Positions 11,510 to 26,600 of a stretch of 64,000 bases of DNA are shown here, piece after piece; position 1 is the first letter of the stretch; each line of letters opens with the position of its first letter. The notes beneath the pieces are model-generated. The model saw only the letters and a program-made list of their open reading frames with translations, had not been told where the DNA came from and ran no database searches. The position numbers and the translations under genes are program-made. The stretch comes from Mnemiopsis leidyi. Its lineage: Eukaryota. The stretch lies in assembly GCA_048537945.1 (NCBI GenBank), contig CM108484.1:9059785-9123784 (forward strand), written 5' to 3'.

Positions 11510-11644
11510 CTAATTTTCGGTACTGTTAGACTTGTTTGAGTCAGGATTTCCGACTAAGCCTTGAGCCGTTTTAAAAAGGTTTAGAGGTGTTGATCCGTCT
11601 GTTATGAGAGTAGACTTGAGCCCTAATGCCTCCAGCATCTTGAC
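11510..11644 (-). CDS. MVP: MVP terminal exon ([44 protein letters not shown] stop)
   Basis: Matches [35 protein letters not shown]. Acceptor TTTATCAG. Stop codon TAG on the - strand (plus coordinates 11510-11512). Confidence 0.8.
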   Translation of the reverse strand, partial: VKMLEALGLKSTLITDGSTPLNLFKTAQGLVGNPDSNKSNSTEN

Positions 11645-14600
11645 CTGATAAAATCATTATTAAAATATTTCTGCAGGGAAGACTATTTTCTATCAATAAC
11701 TCGGGGTTTTATTTATTTGTCTAAAATTAAATAGAAGTCTTGAAGTGCGACTTACCCTTAACCTTAACATTAACAGCGCATACCTGGTTGCTATGTCCCG
11801 ATGTGGCAATAGCAGCAATATTTTCTGGTCCAAGATCCCCCACCATAGCTTTGAACTTGTCCGCCTCTATTTTCACCATTTTCCTCCGCTTTGTCACTTC
11901 AAGTTCGTTACAAGCTCGCAGGTAGTCCAACTCGCTTTTGCGGGCCGAAGAAATGCGTTCCAACTCCCCACGCTAAAAAATTGGGCGTAAATCAACAGAA
12001 ACTCGGCACTTTATCATTGATCCCAGGCCCGAATCGATAAATTAAAAAGTTCCATGGAGATTACTGCGAAGAACCTCAACAAAAACTCAAACTCAGTACT
12101 CACGGCGTTTATGTTCTCTGCTTCTGCAGCCAGTTTTGCCTGATCGACGGCTGCTTCCCCTTCAATTTTCATAGACTCAGCCCGAGACTGTGCCTCTGCT
12201 CTCGACTGCCCTGTGCTCTCGACGGCAGCTGAGCTGTCATAATACGGCTGATTAAATGACATAAATAAAGCAGCAATCTGCATTTCAATGTAAGAAATTC
12301 GTTGTGATTGAATTTAAATTTTAAGTTTTGAGCTTGTCTCTAAAATGTGACTGTAAATGGCCTGAAAGAACCGTAAGTTTGGGATTTTTATTTGAAATTG
12401 AACTTAGAAGAACACTGCGAAAACTCACACGGCTTGTAACTCTAAAAGTTCTTTTCTGGCCCTCTCCGCTTCTGCTTCATCGTTGAGTATCTGTCTCTCA
12501 AGTTTTCCTCGAGCCTCTTGGTCCAACCGCTCAGCTTCGTGTCTGAATCAAGAAAATTTCATAAATTCTTCAATTAAAATGCCTCAGCACAGTAAAATCC
12601 TAGAAAAAATGTGCAACCTTAGTTAGAGGTTAAAGGAAAAAAGATTTACCTAGCGGTTGCCTCCTGAGAGTTGGTAGTGATCTCAATAGCCAGCTGTACC
12701 GATTTCTGGAGGGAGTCTCTAGTTCTCTGATCGACTGGCTCGACAGACTGTATGTCTATATTAGATATTCTAAGTCGATTAGCTGGGAAGTATAGTGAGT
12801 CTTTGTCGCCCAGGATCGCTTGGTTTATTATTCTCACTGAGTGCTGAAAGTAATACTAGTAAGTTACCTCCAATCTTTTGTTCACAAATGACGTCATCAT
12901 TCTTACCCCTCCCCCTTTTTGCTTGTTCATCATTCGTCATCATGGCTAAACTCCTCCATGATGAACTTATCCCAGTCAGAACCCCCCCCCCTCCCTGCTT
13001 GAGGCTAAATAGCAAAATCTTTTATCATTTTGATCTTGTTCAAATGAGACAATTTTGCCATATAATTAGACTTCTACTTTCTCAAGTTAAAGTATGTACA
13101 GCATGAGCATTTCAATAACCTTGTGAAAGTCATCAAAAGGCACTGCTGCCACGGCTCCTCTTATTCTTGAAGCAATTGATTTGCAAGCGTCCCCGACAAA
13201 ATCTGGCACAGAAAACAGAGACTCGGAATCGCGCTTGTAAGTCGGCGAATCTTTCTTTGGCGTATCAAACTGCCTGCAGTTGTTAGGGAAATAGAAGATG
13301 ATTCATGAAACACTGGAGAAAATCGGGCTAATTATAGGTATCTCTCATAAGAGGGTTATCGCTAATAAATTGGCGCTAGGACTGGGAGTGAAACTTGACA
13401 GTTCGAGTAATGATTTGGTGTTTCCAGCAAACCATAGGTAGGTTCCTATTTAAATCAAATTCAAAATTGCTCATTTTTGCTTCGAGTCTTTCACTTACCA
13501 ATTGTAACAAAGCTGTAAAGAAAGCCTGGCATGGTCAGAAGTTTCCACCGTAAAAACATCCGTCATAAAATCAGGTCCAAGGGAGAGATCCAGAGTTCTG
13601 ATGACATTGGGTCGTTTAGGCTGGCCTCCAGAGAGACTAAGTTGGGTAAAGTGCTCGTCTGGGCCTAGCATGACCAAGTCTGGTCCGAATATTACCCTGA
13701 AATTGTTGGCTTGAGCTTCTGAAACACCTCAGTTATATTTGCAGACCAGAGTGTGGCTGCAGCTTTGCGGCAGCAGGCCTGACAACGTCAGGCAAGATTA
13801 GAATTGCTACGAAGAGTGAAGACATGAAGATGACCTCTCTCCTAGCTCTGGGTCATCCGTTTCTCATGTCTTCTTTGGTGTTCCATCCCCGTCCACTGTC
13901 GTTAACCCTTTAATCAGCTCTGAGCTCTTCTCTGACCTCCGTCATGCAATGCAAATTTAATATTTATCCCAAGGGTGGAACTGGAATAAATTAATTGCGC
14001 GCGCGTTGCGTAACGTACGTAACGTAAAAACATTAGTCGCGCGACAAAAACCACTAAAAAGACAAAAGGATTAGCGTGTTCCACAAAACACTCTAACAGT
14101 GTGTTAGTCCAGTAGGCCTTTCGGCAAAGTGGTACCATTTGAAAAGACCTAAATTGGCCATTTCAAGAAAAAACATAAAATTTTCAACACTAAATTGGAG
14201 GTGTTCCGCCCGTACGATTTTCTTCAAACTTTCAGAGCATGTTCCTTTTGACCAACACTACAAGATAGCGTCGGGAAAAGAGGGGGTTTATGAGTAAGTT
14301 TTCGAAATACAACTTCAAACACAAGGAAATATCTGATAATAAAAAAGCCCAATTCAGAGGTGTTCCGACCGTGCGATTTTCTTTAAAATTTTACAGTATG
14401 TTCCTCTTGATCTAAACTATCAGAAAACGTAAAAAAATTTGAGGGTCTATGTGTTAGTTTTCGAGATACAACCTTAAACACAGGGAAAAATCTAGAAATA
14501 AGTAAGCTGACCATGGAACAAGCCGATTTTGGAGGTGTTCCGACCGTACGATTGTCTTTCAAATTTCACAGTATGTTCCTTTTGATCTAAACTATTAGAA

Positions 14601-17600
14601 AATGTAAAAAAATTGGGGGGTCTATGTGTTAGCTTTCGAGATACATCTCTAAACACAAGGAAATATCTCAAAATAAATAGGCTGAGAATGAAACAAACAA
14701 ATTATGAAGGTGTTCCAACAGTACGATATTCTTCAAAAATTTCACAGAATGTTCATTTTTTACTAATTTTAATAGTTTTACAATTTAAAGTAATGTTAAT
14801 TTTATACTTATCAGTCGCAAAACGTAAAGCGTGCCTCCAGCCAGAAAAGACACGTGGTTTTCAGATTTCTAGTAATTTTAGGCTGACAATTTTAATTTTT
14901 CGGCTATAGGTGTGATGATTTTACGAAATTATCAAATTCGGATTCCTCGTCAAATTTTACGTCAAAATGCTGGTTTACCTTTTCTCCAGGCTCTAAGTCG
15001 AAAATTTCCATTTTGGGGCCCTATAGGGGTAACTTAAGGGGTCACGTGATGTTTTTGGATTTAAAACTATCAAATTCGGATTCGTCGTCAAATTTTACGT
15101 CAAACTACCGGTCTAACTTTTTTCCTAGCTCAAAGTTGAAAATATCCATTCTGAGGCCTTATAAGGGGTCACTAAACGGTCCACGTGATCATTTTTCGGC
15201 TCCGAAACTATCAAATTCGGCTTCCGCTGGTCTAACTTTTCTTTAAGTTCAAAGTTGAAAATTTTCATTTTTAGGGCCTTAAACTCTTTAAAGGCCCTTA
15301 AAGCTTAAAAGGCCTTCAGATCAACTTTTCACATAGCCTAAGCCACAGAACCCGCTAAAATCTACAATAAAATCTACCTGAAATTTTCATGACTCTGTCT
15401 TTTTCGTTTGGACTTCAATTCGTACCCCAATTTGGAGACTTTTTGGGCCTTTAAAGGCCCTAAGAGGGGTCGGAGCGAATTTTAACATGGCAAAAGTCAC
15501 AGAACGTGATGAAATCTACCTTATCTGAAACTTTCAAGTCTCTATCTCTTACCGTTTGGGCTCCAATTCGTTTGGGGGAAGGAGGAAAGGGAGAGGGGGG
15601 TGGTCAAGGGTCGTATACCACAATTCACGTTGTCATATTAGGGGGGTGGCAACGTTTTTTTTAAAACCCGGGCTACAATTGGACGAGAAATCAATTAGGA
15701 ATAGCCTCGAGGTTCAAACATTTTAGGTTAAACCTCGACACGGAATCATTTTTCCTCAATTTTTTAAAATTTTATAGAATAAACGAAAAGTTTCTGTATT
15801 TCAAGAATAACTTGGAACACACTAAGAAAATCGTAAGGTCGGAACACTTCCAAAAAGGCCTGGTACCATGGTCAGCGTACATATTATGAAATATTTTCTT
15901 GTGTTTGAAGTTGTATCTCCGAAACTAACACATAGACCCCCAAATTTTTTCGACGTAATCTTGTAGTTTGAATAGTAAGGAACATACTGTGAAGGTTTAA
16001 AGAACAATCCTATAGTCGGAACACCTCGAAAAGGCCTGGTACCATGGCCGGCGTACATATTTTGAGATATTTCCTTGTGTTTGAAGTTGTATCTCCGAAA
16101 CTAACACATAGACCCCCAAATTTTTTTACTTTTTCTGATAGTTTAGATCAAAAGGAAGATACTGTGAAATTTTAAAGAAAATCGCACGGTCGGAACACCT
16201 CCAAAAATGCCTAGTACCATGGTCAGCGTACATATTATGAGATATTTCCTTGTGTTTGAAGTTGTATCTCCGAAACTAACACATAGACCCCCAAACTTTT
16301 TTACTTTTTCTGATAGTTTAGATCAAAAGGAAGATACTGTGAAATTTTAAAGAAAATCGCACGGTCGGAACACCTCCAAAAATGCCTAGTACCATGGTCA
16401 GCGTACATATTATGAGATATTTCCTTGTGTTTGAAGTTGTATCTCCGAAACTAACACATAGACCCCCAAATTTTTTTACTTTTTCTGATAGTTAAGATCA
16501 AAAGGAAGATACTGTGAAATCTTAAAGAAAATCGCACGGTCGGAACACCTCCAAAAATGCCTAGTACCATGGTCAGCGTACATATTATGTGATATTTCCT
16601 TGTGTTTGAAGTTGTATCTCCGAAACTAACACATAGACCCCCAAATTTTTTTACTTTTTCTGATAGTTTAGATCAAAAGGAAGATACTGTGAAATCTTAA
16701 AGAAAATCGCACGGTCGGAACACCTCCAAAAATGCCTAGTACCATGGTCAGCGTACATATTATGTGATATTTCCTTGTGTTTGAAGTTGTATCTCCGAAA
16801 CTAACACATAGACCCCCAAATTTTTTTACTTTTTCTGATAGTTTAGATCAAAAGGAAGATACTATGAAATTTTAAAGAAAATCGCACGGTCGGAACACCT
16901 CCAAAAAGACCCGGTACCAAAATTTCGGCAAATTGGTACCATGGTACCAGAAAGTCCAACTCCGTGGTTATAATAATATCGCGACAACTAACACATAGAC
17001 CTCAACTTTTTTCGACGTAATCTTGTAGTTTGAATAGTAAGGAACATACTGTGAAGGTTTAAAGAACAATCCTATAGTCGGAACACCTCGAAAAGGCCTG
17101 GTACCATGGCCGGCGTACATATTTTGAGATATTTCCTTGTGTTTGAAGTTGTATCTCCGAAACTAACACATAGACCCCCAAATTTTTTTACTTTTTCTGA
17201 TAGTTTAGATCAAAAGGAAGATACTGTGAAATTTTAAAGAAAATCGCACGGTCGGAACACCTCCAAAAATGCCTAGTACCATGGTCAGCGTACATATTAT
17301 GAGATATTTCCTTGTGTTTGAAGTTGTATCTCCGAAACTAACACATAGACCCCCAAACTTTTTTACTTTTTCTGATAGTTTAGATCAAAAGGAAGATACT
17401 GTGAAATTTTAAAGAAAATCGCACGGTCGGAACACCTCCAAAAATGCCTAGTACCATGGTCAGCGTACATATTATGAGATATTTCCTTGTGTTTGAAGTT
17501 GTATCTCCGAAACTAACACATAGACCCCCAAATTTTTTTACTTTTTCTGATAGTTAAGATCAAAAGGAAGATACTGTGAAATCTTAAAGAAAATCGCACG

Positions 17601-20600
17601 GTCGGAACACCTCCAAAAATGCCTAGTACCATGGTCAGCGTACATATTATGTGATATTTCCTTGTGTTTGAAGTTGTATCTCCGAAACTAACACATAGAC
17701 CCCCAAATTTTTTTACTTTTTCTGATAGTTTAGATCAAAAGGAAGATACTGTGAAATCTTAAAGAAAATCGCACGGTCGGAACACCTCCAAAAATGCCTA
17801 GTACCATGGTCAGCGTACATATTATGTGATATTTCCTTGTGTTTGAAGTTGTATCTCCGAAACTAACACATAGACCCCCAAATTATTTTACTTTTTCTGA
17901 TAGTTTAGATCAAAAGGAAGATACTGTGAAATTTTAAAGAAAATCGCACGGTCGGAACACCTCCAAAAAGACCCGGTACCAAAATTTCGGCAAATTGGTA
18001 CCATGGTACCAGAAAGTCCAACTCCGTGGTTATAATAATATCGCGACAACTAACACATAGACCTCAACTTTTTTCGACGTAATCTTGTAGTTTGAATAGT
18101 AAGGAACATACTGTGAAGGTTTAAAGAACAATCCTATGGTCGGAACACCTCGAAAAGGCCTGGTACCATGGCCGGCGTACATATTTTGAGATATTTCCTT
18201 GTGTTTGAAGTTGTATCTCCGAAACTAACACATAGACCCCCAAATTTTTTTACTTTTTCTGATAGTTTAGATCAAAAGGAAGATACTGTGAAATTTTAAA
18301 GAAAATCGCACGGTCGGAACACCTCCAAAAATGCCTAGTACCATGGTCAGCGTACATATTATGAGATATTTCCTTGTGTTTGAAGTTGTATCTCCGAAAC
18401 TAACACATAGACCCCCAATTTTTTTTACTTTTTCTGATAGTTTAGATCAAAAGGAAGATACTGTGAAATCTTAAAGAAAATCGCACGGTCGGAACACCTC
18501 CAAAAATGCCTAGTACCATGGTCAGCGTACATATTATGTGATATTTCCTTGTGTTTGAAGTTGTATCTCCGAAACTAACACATAGACCCCCAAATTTTTT
18601 TACTTTTTCTGATAGTTTAGATCAAAAGGAAGATACTATGAAATTTTAAAAGAAAATCGCACGGTCGGAACACCTCCAAAAAGACCCGGTACCAAAATTT
18701 CGGCAAATTGGTACCATGGTACCAGAAAGTCCAACTCTGTTAGTCAGAAGGCCTTTCGGCAAAGTTGTTCCAATGAATGCCCTTAAATTTGCCGTTGCAA
18801 TGGAAAACATAGAATTTTAAACTCAAAATTGGAAGTGTTCCGACCGTACGATTTTCTTGAAAATTTCACAGTATGTTCCTATTGACCTAAATTAAAAGAT
18901 AACGTGGAGAAAATAGGGGGTCTAAGAGTCAGTTTTCGAGATACAACTTCAAACACAAGGAAATATCTTACCATAGAACAAGCCCATTTTGGAGGTGTTC
19001 CGACCGTACGATTTTCTTTAAAATTTCACAGAATGTTCCTTTTGATCTAAACTATCAGAAAATGTAAAAAAATTTGGGGGTCTATGTGTTAGTTTTCGAG
19101 ATACAACCTCAAACACAAGGAAATATCTCGAAATATGTACTCTGACCATGGAACAAGGCCTTTTTGGAGGTGTTCCCACCGTGCGATTTTCTTTAAACTT
19201 TCACAGTATGTTTCTATTGATCTAAACTATCAGAAAATGTAAAAAAATTTGGGGGTCTATGTGTTAGTTTTCGAGATACAACCTCAAACACAAGGAAATA
19301 TCTCGAAATAAGTACGCTGACCATAAAACAAGCCGATTTTGGAGGTGTTCCGACCGTACGATTTTCTTTAAACTTTCACAGTATGTTTCTTTTGATCTAA
19401 ACTATCAGAAAACGCAAAAAAGTTGGGGGGTCTATGTGTTAGTTTTCGAGATACAACCTCAAACACAAGGAAATATCTCGAAATAAGTACGCTGACCATG
19501 GAACAAGCCTATTTTGGAGGTGTTCCGACCGTACGATTTTTTTAAAACTTTCACAGTATGTTTCTTTTGATCTAAACTATCAGAAAATGTAAAAAAATTT
19601 GGGGGTCTACGTGTTAGTTTTCGAGATACAACCTCAAACACAAGGAAATATCTCGAAATATGTACTCTGACCATGGAACAAGGCCTTTTTGGAGGTGTTC
19701 CCACCGTGCGATTTTCTTTAAACTTTCACAGTATGTTTCTATTGATCTAAACTATAAGAAAATGTAAAATAATTTGGGGGTCTATGTGTTAGTTTTCGAG
19801 ATAAAACCTCAAACACAAGGAAATATCTCGAAATAAGTACGCTGACCATAAAACAAGCCGATTTTGGAGGTGTTCCGACCGTACGATTTTCTTTAAACTT
19901 TCACAGTATGTTCTTTTTGATCTAAACTATCAGAAAACGCAAAAAAGTTGGGGGGTCTATCTGTTAGTTTTCGAGATACAACCTCAAACACAAGGAAATA
20001 TCTCGAAATAAGTACGCTGACCATGGAATAAGCCTATTTTGGAGGTGTTCCGACCGTACGATTTTCTTTAAACTTTAACAGTATGTTCCTTTTAATCTAA
20101 ACTATCAGAAAATGTAAAAAAATTTGGGGGTCTATGTGTTAGTTTTCGAAAAACAACTTCAAACACAAGGAAATATCTCTAAATAAGTACGCTGACCATG
20201 GATCAAGCCGATTTTGGAGGTGTTTCGACCGTATGATTTTCTTTAAACTTTCACAGTATGTTCCTTTTGATCTAAACTATCAGAAAATGTAAAAAAATTT
20301 GGGGGTCTATGAGTTAGTTTTCGAGATACAACTTCAAACACAAGGAAATATCTCGAATTAAGTACACTGACCATGGAACAAGCCGATTTCGGAGGTGTTC
20401 CGGCCGTACGATTTTCTTTAAAATTTTACAGTATGTTTCTTTTGATCTAAATTATCAGAAAACGTAACAAAAAGTGGGGGTCTATGTGTAAGTTTTCGAG
20501 ATACAACTTAAAACACAAGGATATATCTCTTAATAAGTATGCTGTCCATGGAACAAGCCCATTTTGGAGGTGAGAAAAGTGGGGGTCTATATTTACGCTT

Positions 20601-23600
20601 TCGAGATATTATTCATCTCATAAGATAATTGGCGATCTTTTTTATGTAAAACCGTGTTGAATACAAGGTGTCTTCGAATCACTTCACCTTCCTTTTTAAG
20701 GCAGGTTCAGTCAGTCCACTTTGGTGGGTTAGTATTAGACATCAAGAGAGAGTCTCCAGTCAACTCTCTGTCAGTCAACTTTGTCAACCCATCAGATCCC
20801 CTCATTTAACCTGCTCGAAGTCCAACCTGCAGACCCTGGGGCCTGACACAGCCCTGGGTAACGAACAGTTGACACATAAATTTTGGTCAATCACAATTCA
20901 TATGCACCCACTCACGTCACCACCTTTAACCGCAGCTATTTGTCTTCTAGATGCTCATATTATAAGTGTATGAATCATAACCCCCCGCCGCTAGTCGTCT
21001 TCTAGCCACTCATGAGTGTATGAATTACAAACCTCTAACACGGACAGTGGAACATTAGACAAAACCAGCCAAGGGGAACTGGTAAAAGCTATGTCAGAAA
21101 TGTGCCTTTAACTAAACGCCACATACCAAATACAACCATGGAAATGCCAAAAAATGCCAAAACTTAACAGTAACAGTTAAAACCACGTCCCGGACCAAGG
21201 CATCAAACACTCGGTCCCCAAAGAACAATATGCACGATTAAGCCACGAGGGTCACCTAGCAGGACCGTTAGCAAAAAGCAGTGGTAGTCCCTCGCAGAAA
21301 CCACCTCACCATTCCGGAAGGGCGTTTCGACGCTTGACTCCTAACGGGTTCACTATGGCAATGACAGAGGTCCTTCAGGACATCCTCGATCCACCGGGCC
21401 TTAACATTTTGTTATGTCCTTTGGAAGTACCAGCCTAGCGAACCCCCAGCCAGCTGGGCTTTTGGTACACTCCTGCAATCCAAAGGAACCCCTAGAAACG
21501 TTAGCCACAAGGCGGACGTAGCCTTCTTGTTAATTCAGGAAGGCAATGTGGGTGCCCACTGAGTAATTTAAAAAGAAAAAAGTCCACTTTCTCATTTTGG
21601 TCATTTTATGTACATGTTACTGCCCTCTGAGGTACGTGTTACTGTCCTTTCAAGTACGTGTTACCGTTCTTACAGTAACGTGTTACTGTCCTCTCAGGTG
21701 CGTGTTACTGTCCTCTCAGGTACGTGTTACTGCCCTCTCAGATACGTGTTGCTTTTCTTTCAATAACGTGTTACCGTCCTCCGAGTATGCGTTACCTTTC
21801 AGATACGTTTTAAATCGAAAATGAGGATAAATATAGATATCACCGCAGCCTTGCGGGCGGTATTGGTTAAAACCACAAGGAACATTCTGAGAAAGTGTAA
21901 AGGAAATTGTACAATCGGAACACCTCCAAAAAGGCCTTGTTCCATGGTCAGAGTACATGTATTTCGAGAAATTTCCTTGTGTTTGAGGTTGTATCTCGAA
22001 AACTAACACATAGACCCCCCAATTTTTTTACATTTTCTGATAGTTTAGATCAATAGGAACATACTGTGAAAGTTTAAAGAAAATCGCACGGTCGGAACAC
22101 CTCCAAAAAGGCCTTGTTCCATGGTCAGAGTACATATTTCGAGATATTTCCTTGTGTTTGAGGTTGTATCTCGAAAACTAAAACATAGACCCCCAATTTT
22201 TTTACATTTTCTGATAGTTTAGATCAAAAGGAACATACTGTGAAAGTTTAAAGAAAATCGCACGGTGGGAACACCTCCAAATAGGCCTTGTTCCATGGTC
22301 AGAGTACATATTTCGAGATATTTCCTTGTGTTTGAGGTTGTATCTCGAAAACTAACACATAGACCCCCCAATTTTTTTACATTTTCTGATAGTTTAGATC
22401 AAAAGGAACATACTGTGAAAGTTTAAAGAAAATCGCACGGTGGGAACACCTTCAAAAAGGCCTTGTTCCAAAATTTTGGCTATTTGGAACAATGGAACAA
22501 GAAAGTCCAACTCCGTGGTTTTTTAGCTATATCTCGAAAACTAAAAAATAGGCCCCCATTTTTTTCGACGAATTCTTGTAGTTCTGATCGATAGGAACAT
22601 TCTGAGAAAGTGTAAAGGAAATTGTACAGTGGGAACAACTCCAAAAAGGCCTTGTTCCATGGTCAGAGTACATATTTCGAGATATTTCGTTGTGTTTGAG
22701 GTTGTATCTCGAAAACTAACACATAGACCCCCAAATTTTTTTACATTTTCTGATAGTTTAGATCAATAGGAACATACTGTGAAAGTTTAAAGAAAATCGC
22801 ACGGTCGGAACACCTCCAAAAAGGCCTTGTTCCATGGTCAGAGTACATATTTCGAGATATTTCCTTGTGTTTGAGGTTGTATCTCGAAAACTAACACATA
22901 GACCCCCCAATTTTTTTACATTTTCTGATAGTTTAGATCAAAAGGAACATACTGTGAAAGTTTAAAGAAAATCGCACGGTGGGAACACCTTCAAAAAGGC
23001 CTTGTTCCAAAATTTTGGCTATTTGGAACAATGGAACAAGAAAGTCCAACTCCGTGGTTTTTTAGCTATATCTCGAAAACTAAAAAATAGGCCCCCATTT
23101 TTTTCGACGAATTCTTGTAGTTCTGATCGATAGGAACATTCTGAGAAAGTGTAAAGGAAATTGTACAGTGGGAACAACTCCAAAAAGGCCTTGTTCCATG
23201 GTCAGATTACATATTTCGAGATATTTCGTTGTGTTTGAGGTTGTATCTCGAAAACTAACACATAGACCCCCAAATTTTTTTACATTTTCTGATAGTTTAG
23301 ATCAAAAGGAACATACTGTGAAAGTTTAAAGAAAATCGCACGGTGGGAACACCTCCAAATAGGCCTTGTTCCATGGTCAGAGTACATATTTCGAGATATT
23401 TCCTTGTGTTTGAGGTTGTATCTCGAAAACTAACACATAGACCCCCCAATTTTTTTACATTTTCTGATAGTTTAGATCAAAAGGAACATACTGTGAAAGT
23501 TTAAAGAAAATCGCACGGTGGGAACACCTTCAAAAAGGCCTTGTTCCAAAATTTTGGCTATTTGGAACAATGGAACAAGAAAGTCAAACTCCGTGGTTTT

Positions 23601-26600
23601 TTAGCTATATCTCGAAAACTAAAAAATAGGCCCCCATTTTTTTCGACGAATTCTTGTAGTTCTGATCGATAGGAACATTCTGAGAAAGTTTAAAGAAAAT
23701 CGCACGGTGGGAACACCTCCAAATAGGCCTTGTTCCATGGTCAGAGTACATATTTCGAGATATTTCCTTGTGTTTGAGGTTGTATCTCGAAAACTAACAC
23801 ATAGACCCCCAAATTTTTTACATTTTCTGATAGTTTAGATCAAAAGGAACATACTGTGAAAGTTTAAAGAAAATCGCACGGTGGGAACACCTTCAAAAAG
23901 GCCTTGTTCCAAAATTTTGGCTATTTGGAACAATGGAACAAGAAAGTCCAACTCCGTGGTTTTTTAGCTATATCTCGAAAACTAAAAAATAGGCCCCCAT
24001 TTTTTTCGACGAATTCTTGTAGTTCTGATCGATAGGAACATTCTGAGAAAGTGTAAAGGAAATTGTACAGTGGGAACAACTCCAAAAAGGCCTTGTTCCA
24101 TGGTCAGAGTACATATTTCGAGATATTTCGTTGTGTTTGAGGTTGTATCTCGAAAACTAACACATAGACCCCCAAATTTTTTTACATTTTCTGATAGTTT
24201 AGATCAATAGGAACATACTGTGAAAGTTTAAAGAAAATCGCACGGTCGGAACACCTCCAAAAAGGCCTTGTTCCATGGTCAGAGTACATATTTCGAGATA
24301 TTTCCTTGTGTTTGAGGTTGTATCTCGAAAACTAACACATAGACCCCCCAATTTTTTTACATTTTCTGATAGTTTAGATCAAAAGGAACATACTGTGAAA
24401 GTTTAAAGAAAATCGCACGGTGGGAACACCTTCAAAAAGGCCTTGTTCCAAAATTTTGGCTATTTGGAACAATGGAACAAGAAAGTCCAACTCCGTGGTT
24501 TTTTAGCTATATCTCGAAAACTAAAAAATAGGCCCCCATTTTTTTCGACGAATTCTTGTAGTTCTGATCGATAGGAACATTCTGAGAAAGTGTAAAGGAA
24601 ATTGTACAGTGGGAACAACTCCAAAAAGGCCTTGTTCCATGGTCAGATTACATATTTCGAGATATTTCGTTGTGTTTGAGGTTGTATCTCGAAAACTAAC
24701 ACATAGACCCCCAAATTTTTTTACATTTTCTGATAGTTTAGATCAAAAGGAACATACTGTGAAAGTTTAAAGAAAATCGCACGGTGGGAACACCTCCAAA
24801 TAGGCCTTGTTCCATGGTCAGAGTACATATTTCGAGATATTTCCTTGTGTTTGAGGTTGTATCTCGAAAACTAACACATAGACCCCCCAATTTTTTTACA
24901 TTTTCTGATAGTTTAGATCAAAAGGAACATACTGTGAAAGTTTAAAGAAAATCGCACGGTGGGAACACCTTCAAAAAGGCCTTGTTCCAAAATTTTGGCT
25001 ATTTGGAACAATGGAACAAGAAAGTCAAACTCCGTGGTTTTTTAGCTATATCTCGAAAACTAAAAAATAGGCCCCCATTTTTTTCGACGAATTCTTGTAG
25101 TTCTGATCGATAGGAACATTCTGAGAAAGTGTAAAGGAAATTGTACAGTGGGAACACCTCCAAAAAGGCCTTGTTCCATGGTCAGAGTACATATTTCGAG
25201 ATATTTCCTTGTGTTTGAGGTTGTATCTCGAAAACTAACACATAGACCCCCAAATTTTTTTACATTTTCTGATAGTTTAGATCAAAAGGAACATACTGTG
25301 AAAGTTTAAAGAAAATCGCACGGTGGGAACACCTCCAAATAGGCCTTGTTCCATGGTCAGAGTACATATTTCGAGATATTTCCTTGTGTTTGAGGTTGTA
25401 TCTCGAAAACTAACACATAGACCCCCCAATTTTTTTACATTTTCTGATAGTTTAGATCAAAAGGAACATACTGTGAAAGTTTAAAGAAAATCGCACGGTG
25501 GGAACACCTTCAAAAAGGCCTTGTTCCAAAATTTTGGCTATTTGGAACAATGGAACAAGAAAGTCAAACTCCGTGGTTTTTTAGCTATATCTCGAAAACT
25601 AAAAAATAGGCCCCCATTTTTTTCGACGAATTCTTGTAGTTCTGATCGATAGGAACATTCTGAGAAAGTGTAAAGGAAATTGTACAGTGGGAACACCTCC
25701 AAAAAGGCCTTGTTCCATGGTCAGAGTACATATTTCGAGATATTTCCTTGTGTTTGAGGTTGTATCTCGAAAACTAACACATAGACCCCCAAATTTTTTT
25801 ACATTTTCTGATAGTTTAGATCAAAAGGAACATACTGTGAAAGTTTAAAGAAAATCGCACGGTGGGAACACCTTCAAAAAGGCCCTGTTCTATGGTCAGA
25901 GTACATATTTCGAGATATTTCCTTGTGTTTGAGGTTGTATCTCGAAAACTAACAAATAGACCCCCAAATTTTTTTACATTTTCTGATAGTTTAGATCAAA
26001 AGGAACATACTGTGAAAGTTTAAAGAAAATCGCACGGTGGGAACACCTTCAAAAAGGCCTTGTTCCAAAATTTTGGCAATTTGGAACAATGGAACAAGAA
26101 AGTCCAACTCCGTGGTTTTTTAGCTATATCTCGAAAACTAAAAAATAGGCCCCCATTTTTTTCGACGAATTCTTGTAGTTTTGATCGATAGGAACATTCT
26201 GAGAAAGTGTAAAGGAAATTGTACAGTGGGAACACCTCCAAAAAGGCCTTGTTCCATGGTCAGAGTACATATTTCGAGATATTTCCTTGTGTTTGAGGTT
26301 GTATCTCGAAAACTAACACATAGACCCCCAAATGTTTTTACATTTTCTGATAGTTTAGATCAAAAGAAACATACTGTGAAAGTTTAAAGAAAATCGCACG
26401 GTGGGAACACCTCCAAAAAGGCCTTGTTCCATGGTCAGAGTACATATTTCGAGATATTTCCTTGTGTTTAAGGTTGTATCTCGAAAACTAACACATAGAC
26501 CCCCAAATTTTTTTACATTTTCTGATAGTTTAGATCAAAAGGAACATACTGTGAAAGTTTAAAGAAAATCGCACGGTGGGAACACCTTCAAAAAGGCCCT

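Noticed and set aside
20650-21590. ~940-bp unique, relatively GC-rich island between satellite blocks A3 and A4, considered as a possible exon or ncRNA
   Set aside because: No open frame has a recognisable domain, there are no splice signals matching MVP phases, and there is no structured-RNA hallmark I can verify by eye. It is most likely a decayed transposon fragment trapped between arrays. A database search would be needed to say more.
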